Origin: Promethearchaeota archaeon
GTDB taxonomy: Archaea > Asgardarchaeota > Hermodarchaeia > Hermodarchaeales > Hermodarchaeaceae
Length of the DNA stretch: 32,000 nt
Direction: 5' to 3'
Assembly: GCA_048938295.1 (NCBI GenBank)
Contig: JBHLMI010000003.1
Coordinates: forward strand, 91,437-123,436
Part shown: positions 26,821 through 32,000 of the stretch, in pieces
Numbering within the stretch: the first letter of the stretch is position 1
Layout of the letters: each line of letters opens with the position of its first letter
The notes under the pieces: model-generated
Databases searched by the model: none
What the model was told of the DNA's origin: nothing
Seen by the model: only the letters and a program-made list of their open reading frames with translations
Position numbers and translations under genes: made by a program

Positions 26821-29800
26821 ATGAATCGTCGAATCCTGATCTGTGTGACATTTTTCGCGTTATTCTTATTTTCCTCTAATAGTGTGGCTGTACCAATTTC
26901 GGACACTTTTGGGACTTCAGCATTTGGAAAGGCAGGTGAAGGAGTCGAAGCGAATTATGTTCCTTCCCCATCAATGCCTCCACCGTTACCTGAGGGACCC
27001 ATCTATTCAGATGGTGAATTCCAGTATGCAGGACTGGGAGCCCCACTTACCACAAAGGAGTATGCTGAAGGATCCAACCGCTCCTTGCAGATTTCTAATT
27101 TTAATTATCTTGACAATAGATATGGCGAAGTCCGATTACCAAGACAGTGGACAGGTTATCGATTAGAAGCTGATGTATACAACCTATATGACCAACCCTA
27201 TTTTGTTCAAGGCATTCGTGAAAATGGAACCTTTGAATCAATCGCTGAATGGGACACTCAAAATAATGGCATGGGAGACAATACTTCGAACCCCTATTAT
27301 GGAACCAGATGGGGTTCGGCTTATGGTTATTCAGGAAATGGTGTACAAACTTGGGTTGAATGGAATACGGGATGGACCTGGAATGTGAATTCCTATGTGG
27401 TTTGGCGAAACAATATTACCATTCAACGTGACGACCCTGTCTATGCCAAACTTACCTTCCGCGTGCGAGTAAATCTTATCGCAGGTGCTAGTGAGGCGCG
27501 AGGTCGGATGGTCATTTATGCTGAAATCGCAGGTATTGTCTATCGACTACTACTGGATGAACATTGTCCAAATAATGGACAATGGTACCAATTGAGCATC
27601 TCAGTACCAGCTGATGACTTACTCACCTGGTCTGTACCTGATATCATCCAGGTTCGCTTAGGTTTGGGATTCACAGGTTTGCAAACATCTTGGGATTATG
27701 AGTATTGGGGACTGAATTTTGATGATGTAACCCTTGAAGTGCGAGGCCTCGTTAACCCCAATGATACCACCTGGCTGGATTTAGTAATGAATTCCACAAT
27801 TGCACAAACGGCAGGATATGGATATGGATCTTATTCACTTGTTGGAACCTGGCCCAACCCTACCACAGAGCATAAGCGAGTCGTGGCGCATTGGCAAGCC
27901 ACCGATACGGATGCTCGACTTGTTCAATTCACGTATAACCTTACCTTATACATTACCCGAGATTACACAACCGAACAACAAACCGGACCAGATGGTTCAG
28001 CTTTTACGGCAAAGAATGGCCCAACTGCGTATTGGACCACTTGGATGTATGCCTATCAGCCATACTTCTTTTCACAATACAACCTTTCCATGACCAGACC
28101 CACCACGGAAACTTGGACGATTTCTAATGTTACAGACCCACTCTTCACAGATCGAACAAGTGCAGTTTCAGCAAATTCAACCCACTTTCTTCTTTCAAGT
28201 TCTGCGATCAATGACATCTATGGCTGGTGGAACTTCACGTTCTCCTCGGTGAATCGCATCACATCCATTAGTGGTCTTGCTTCAAATTATTACATCGGAG
28301 ATATTCTTTCCATCGATGTCAATCATGATACGGTGACCTCTGGCCAATGCAACATCACTATCTACGATTCCAATCACCAAGTCGTCCATGAGGAGTCTAA
28401 ATCGTTGACGGGGTCCACCGTCGTCTCTTTCAGCAAACTCTTTGACAGTGGCGACACGTTCGCCGCTGGGCTGTACACCATCTGTGCCACTTACGATAAT
28501 GGTGCCACGGGGTCCATGACCAGTGCTGGATTCGTTTCGTCAACCTTCAAGATCATTCATACCACCGACATGACCATCGAAGGAGGGGCGTTAACTAAAA
28601 TCGTAGACTACTCGACTTTAACCACCTTCTTCATACGCCTCACCTATGACGATTTGGACAAAACCGTCAACCCGTGGGTTGCCAACACCACTGGAACTGT
28701 CCGAATTAACGGCACCGTCGATGGCAACTTCATAGAATTCCAACAATTCGGAAACCTCTACCAAGTCGAAATCGACAACGACCTGATGATTCCCGGGAAT
28801 TATCCGTTCGTCATTCAAGCAGATGACCCCTACCACGATTATACGACAGATTCAATTACTCTGCAGGTTCGTAGCGATGCTTCTCTCAGTTCACCTCAAT
28901 CCCCAGGTTTTACCATTGCCTATGACGAATCCTTTACAGCTGCAATATGGTATGAAGATGCAGCTCACAATGGAATTGAAAACGCGCTCATCACCACTAA
29001 CTGGCCAGGAAGTCCCGTTTCCACCCTTAACGGATCAGGGTGGTATAATATCACTTATGATACAAATGACCTAGGCTTTCCGCAAACCTTTGTATTGAAT
29101 GTCCAAGCAGAAAGGAATTACTATACACCACGGAGCATTGTCCTCACTATTGTTGTGAGAGAAATTGCGACCTCCATTACCTATTCGACACCGGGGTCAG
29201 TACCCTACGGCGAGGACATAACTATTCCGTTTAATTTCACCGTAAATGATCCAGGGCATAACCAGGATGAAGATGGCATCGGTTCGGTCCAAAAAAGCGA
29301 TCTTACACTCACTCTAGACGGTTCAGGCCTTAACCCAGCCGATTTCACATTCGCCCAAGGTCCTCAACCGGGCATGTATTCCATCACCATTCTCTTTGCG
29401 AGTACTAAAATCAGCTCAATCAAAAGTTATACCCTTCGATTGGCTGTTGCGGCGCCATCAGATGAATATGCCGATGCGTCAACCTCTATTGGGTTCAGTG
29501 TGCGGCGTTTACGATCTTCTTTGACCTACGACGCTCCGGCCGCAGAACCATGGGGCAATGACATGGTAATTGTCTTCTATTATACAGTAGACGACCCTAT
29601 TAGCGGAAGCGATGGAAACGCCATCACTACATTAGGTCTCTCAACCATAAGCTGTCAATTGAATGGCTCGGTAGTGAGTAGTTTTGGTTGGACCCAGCCG
29701 ATTAGCGGTCAATATGTGCTTACAATTTATTCCTCTGATATCACCCAGGTCATCAAATTCCGCCTTTACATCACAGCCGATAATAGCACAGACGTTTATG

Positions 29801-32000
29801 AGGGAGCAGCGCGGACACTACATTTCGTTATCCGTGCCCATCAAACCCAAGCCATTGTCGATCCGCCCGCTGAAACTGTATTAGGACAAGATACACCGCT
29901 TTCGGTTCAATGGGTAGATCTAGATGCTGGAGGCGATGTGCTAGGAAACCTTACAAGCATTGTTGTGTCGAACTGTCCGGTTGGTGGCGATCAAACTTTT
30001 GGCATACTAGCTTTCACTTTGGACACTGATAGTTGGCCTGTTGGCACACATGTCCTCACCTTGACTGTTAATCCTGATACATCACCCGGTTGGTACATAG
30101 GTGATAGCGCCACCGTCAATGTTGTAATCCGTATTCATTACACCGGAGTTACGATTCAACCACCTAACCCCACACCCCATGGGTTCAATACCCAAATCAC
30201 CGTAATCTGGACTGATTTAGATATCGGTGGAAATGTTCCTGGAGGCGAACTCTTTCAAGTAATTGTCTCTGATTGCCCGGTTGGCGGTGACCAGACTTTC
30301 ACCAGCCTCGCCTTCACCTTGGACACCACAAGCTGGACTATCAGCAGCGGCTATACCCTAAATGTCACCGTCTATGCAACCACCGGTCCACGGTCCTATA
30401 GCGATGCATGGGCAGTAGTCTCGGTAGTTATCCGCATCCACCGTGTTGAAGTCGTAATCCCGACCCCGTCACCTACCCCATGGGGCTTCAATACACCCAT
30501 GAGTGTAACATGGCGGGATCTTGATACAGGTACCACCATTTCAGGAGCTAATCTAGATAATATTACAGTCACAGATTGTCCCGTAGGTGGGGATCAAACC
30601 TTCACCAGCCTCACTTTTGCTCTCATCACCATCACCTGGAATACTGGCCAGTACGCTCTTAATGTCACCATATACCCTGAAATGAGCCCCCAAGAATACG
30701 AAATCATAAGCTACCAAGTAACTGTGACGATCCGAGCCCATTATGTCAGTGTCACCGTCGATCCACCAGCTCAGACCCCTTGGGGATCTGACACAGACCT
30801 GGTTGTCACTTGGCGAGATGTGGATACGAATTCACTCATTTTAGAAGCAAACCTAGATAATGTGACAGTAACGGGTGGCTTTGGGGGCGATCAGACCTTC
30901 AGTAGCCTAGCATTTACACTCGATACAGCTAGCTGGAGCGTTAATCCCTGGAGCCTCACTGTGTGGGTGTATGGAACAGCTGATTTTATGCCTGGGAGTG
31001 GTCCAGTCACTGTGACCATTCGTGGGCACCAGACCCAGACCGTCGTGACTCCTCCACAGCAAACACCCTTCGGATCTGATACCTTAATCACCGTTAGTTG
31101 GCTTGACCTTGACCAGGGAAGTAATCCTGTGCCGGGTGGTAACCTTCAACAAATTGTCGTTACTAATTGTCCGGTCGGCGGTGACCAAACCTTTGCCAGC
31201 CTCGCCTTCACCCTCGTGACTGATACCTGGAATGTGGGAACCTATACGTTAACTGTAACCACTACATCATCATCAAGTTCCTATCTGGGAAGTAGTTCAA
31301 ATACAACAGTTGTAATCCGGATCCATTATACTGGCGTCACAGTACAACCGCCTGACCCCAGACCCTGGGGCTTTAACACACCAATTACCGTTACCTGGAC
31401 AGATTTGGATCTGGGCGCTGCGGTGCCTGGAGGTAATCTGTTCCAAGTGATTGTTTCGGATTGCCCGGTTGGAGGCGATCAGATTTTCACCAGCCTTTCT
31501 TTCATATTAGACACGACGAGTTGGGACATTAGCACTGGTTATACTCTGAATGTAACCTTATATGCAGCTACTGGTCCACGGTCCTACAGCGATTCCTGGG
31601 GCTCTGTTTCCGTGGTCATTCGGATTCATCGTGTTGAAGTCGTCATCCCCACCCCTCCACCCACCCCATGGGGTTTTGACATCACCGGTATGACTGTGAC
31701 TTGGAAGGATTTGGATGCTGGGAGCACTATCGCGGGTACGAATCTGGATAACATCACCGTTGCGGATTGTCCCGTTGGGGGGGATCAGATATTCTCGACT
31801 CTGACTTTTACCCTGATTGCTAGCACTTGGAGCCAAGGTGCCTATACTCTGAATGTGACCGTGTATCCCGATATGAGTCCCCAGCTGTATGGCATAACGA
31901 GTTATCAGGTCACCGTGACCATTCGAGCCCATTATGTCAGTGTCACCGTCGATCCACCAGCTCAGACCCCTTGGGGATCTGACACAGACCTGGTTGTCAC
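26821..32000 (+). CDS. Giant secreted/cell-surface protein with tandem Ig-like repeats (3' end outside the window)
   Basis: Hand translation from ATG 26821 shows no stop to the window end (1726 codons). Signal peptide MNRRILICVTFFALFLFSSNSVA; Thr/Ser/Trp-rich beta composition; about 28 N-x-S/T sequons by hand count. Confidence 0.93.
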   Translation, partial: MNRRILICVTFFALFLFSSNSVAVPISDTFGTSAFGKAGEGVEANYVPSPSMPPPLPEGPIYSDGEFQYAGLGAPLTTKEYAEGSNRSLQISNFNYLDNRYGEVRLPRQWTGYRLEADVYNLYDQPYFVQGIRENGTFESIAEWDTQNNGMGDNTSNPYYGTRWGSAYGYSGNGVQTWVEWNTGWTWNVNSYVVWRNNITIQRDDPVYAKLTFRVRVNLIAGASEARGRMVIYAEIAGIVYRLLLDEHCPNNGQWYQLSISVPADDLLTWSVPDIIQVRLGLGFTGLQTSWDYEYWGLNFDDVTLEVRGLVNPNDTTWLDLVMNSTIAQTAGYGYGSYSLVGTWPNPTTEHKRVVAHWQATDTDARLVQFTYNLTLYITRDYTTEQQTGPDGSAFTAKNGPTAYWTTWMYAYQPYFFSQYNLSMTRPTTETWTISNVTDPLFTDRTSAVSANSTHFLLSSSAINDIYGWWNFTFSSVNRITSISGLASNYYIGDILSIDVNHDTVTSGQCNITIYDSNHQVVHEESKSLTGSTVVSFSKLFDSGDTFAAGLYTICATYDNGATGSMTSAGFVSSTFKIIHTTDMTIEGGALTKIVDYSTLTTFFIRLTYDDLDKTVNPWVANTTGTVRINGTVDGNFIEFQQFGNLYQVEIDNDLMIPGNYPFVIQADDPYHDYTTDSITLQVRSDASLSSPQSPGFTIAYDESFTAAIWYEDAAHNGIENALITTNWPGSPVSTLNGSGWYNITYDTNDLGFPQTFVLNVQAERNYYTPRSIVLTIVVREIATSITYSTPGSVPYGEDITIPFNFTVNDPGHNQDEDGIGSVQKSDLTLTLDGSGLNPADFTFAQGPQPGMYSITILFASTKISSIKSYTLRLAVAAPSDEYADASTSIGFSVRRLRSSLTYDAPAAEPWGNDMVIVFYYTVDDPISGSDGNAITTLGLSTISCQLNGSVVSSFGWTQPISGQYVLTIYSSDITQVIKFRLYITADNSTDVYEGAARTLHFVIRAHQTQAIVDPPAETVLGQDTPLSVQWVDLDAGGDVLGNLTSIVVSNCPVGGDQTFGILAFTLDTDSWPVGTHVLTLTVNPDTSPGWYIGDSATVNVVIRIHYTGVTIQPPNPTPHGFNTQITVIWTDLDIGGNVPGGELFQVIVSDCPVGGDQTFTSLAFTLDTTSWTISSGYTLNVTVYATTGPRSYSDAWAVVSVVIRIHRVEVVIPTPSPTPWGFNTPMSVTWRDLDTGTTISGANLDNITVTDCPVGGDQTFTSLTFALITITWNTGQYALNVTIYPEMSPQEYEIISYQVTVTIRAHYVSVTVDPPAQTPWGSDTDLVVTWRDVDTNSLILEANLDNVTVTGGFGGDQTFSSLAFTLDTASWSVNPWSLTVWVYGTADFMPGSGPVTVTIRGHQTQTVVTPPQQTPFGSDTLITVSWLDLDQGSNPVPGGNLQQIVVTNCPVGGDQTFASLAFTLVTDTWNVGTYTLTVTTTSSSSSYLGSSSNTTVVIRIHYTGVTVQPPDPRPWGFNTPITVTWTDLDLGAAVPGGNLFQVIVSDCPVGGDQIFTSLSFILDTTSWDISTGYTLNVTLYAATGPRSYSDSWGSVSVVIRIHRVEVVIPTPPPTPWGFDITGMTVTWKDLDAGSTIAGTNLDNITVADCPVGGDQIFSTLTFTLIASTWSQGAYTLNVTVYPDMSPQLYGITSYQVTVTIRAHYVSVTVDPPAQTPWGSDTDLVV
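29830..32000 (+). repeat. Intragenic tandem repeat of 96-101 codon units with a four-unit higher-order period (1188-1191 bp)
   Basis: Units start at the I of IRxH: 29830, 30127, 30430, 30730, 31018, 31315, 31618, 31921. Consensus IRxH...V.PP..TPWG.(D/N)T...V.W.DLD.G......NL..I.V.(D/N)CPVGGDQTF.SL.FTL.T..W..G.Y.L.VT. Confidence 0.95.

Noticed and set aside
26882-31932. Short track ORFs (26882, 27173, 27800, 28618, 28823, 29684, 30553, 30891, 31558)
   Set aside because: All are off-frame or antisense to the continuous frame-1 giant ORF.
29830-32000. Diversity-generating retroelement TR/VR pair or CRISPR array as the explanation for the repeats
   Set aside because: Mismatches are mostly third-codon positions rather than adenine-specific, there is no reverse transcriptase or cas gene in the window, and the repeats are in-frame protein domains with no spacer structure.

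Overview
Archaeal chromosomal DNA, most likely from an Asgard archaeon. This is inferred from a Rab-like GTPase, a gelsolin-domain protein, a longin-domain protein and an IPGF-type C-terminal sorting signal. From left to right: (1) two paralogous LVIVD beta-propeller surface proteins, separated by an AT-rich spacer with two small ORFs; the first is cut by the window edge and absent from the ORF track. (2) A lipid-linked-sugar glycosylation cluster: two tandem GT87/GT-C membrane proteins, DUF362, a flippase-like protein, a sugar nucleotidyltransferase and a DPM1-like GT2. (3) A Rab-like GTPase and an AcuC/HDAC. (4) A divergent Phr-like regulator/Hsp20 pair with two readable operator palindromes. 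(5) A NUDIX hydrolase, a five-zinc-ribbon CdvA-like protein, a gelsolin-domain protein, an M28 peptidase operon, a third GT-C protein and a longin/coiled-coil protein. (6) A decayed LLM oxidoreductase pseudogene and a Zn-finger hypothetical. (7) A giant secreted protein (26821 to >32000, at least 1726 aa, absent from the ORF track) ending in ~100-aa Ig-like repeats arranged as an (ABCD)n higher-order array with a CPVGGDQ motif. No rRNA, tRNA, CRISPR array or transposase was recognised. All family assignments come from motif recognition by eye, not from database searches.
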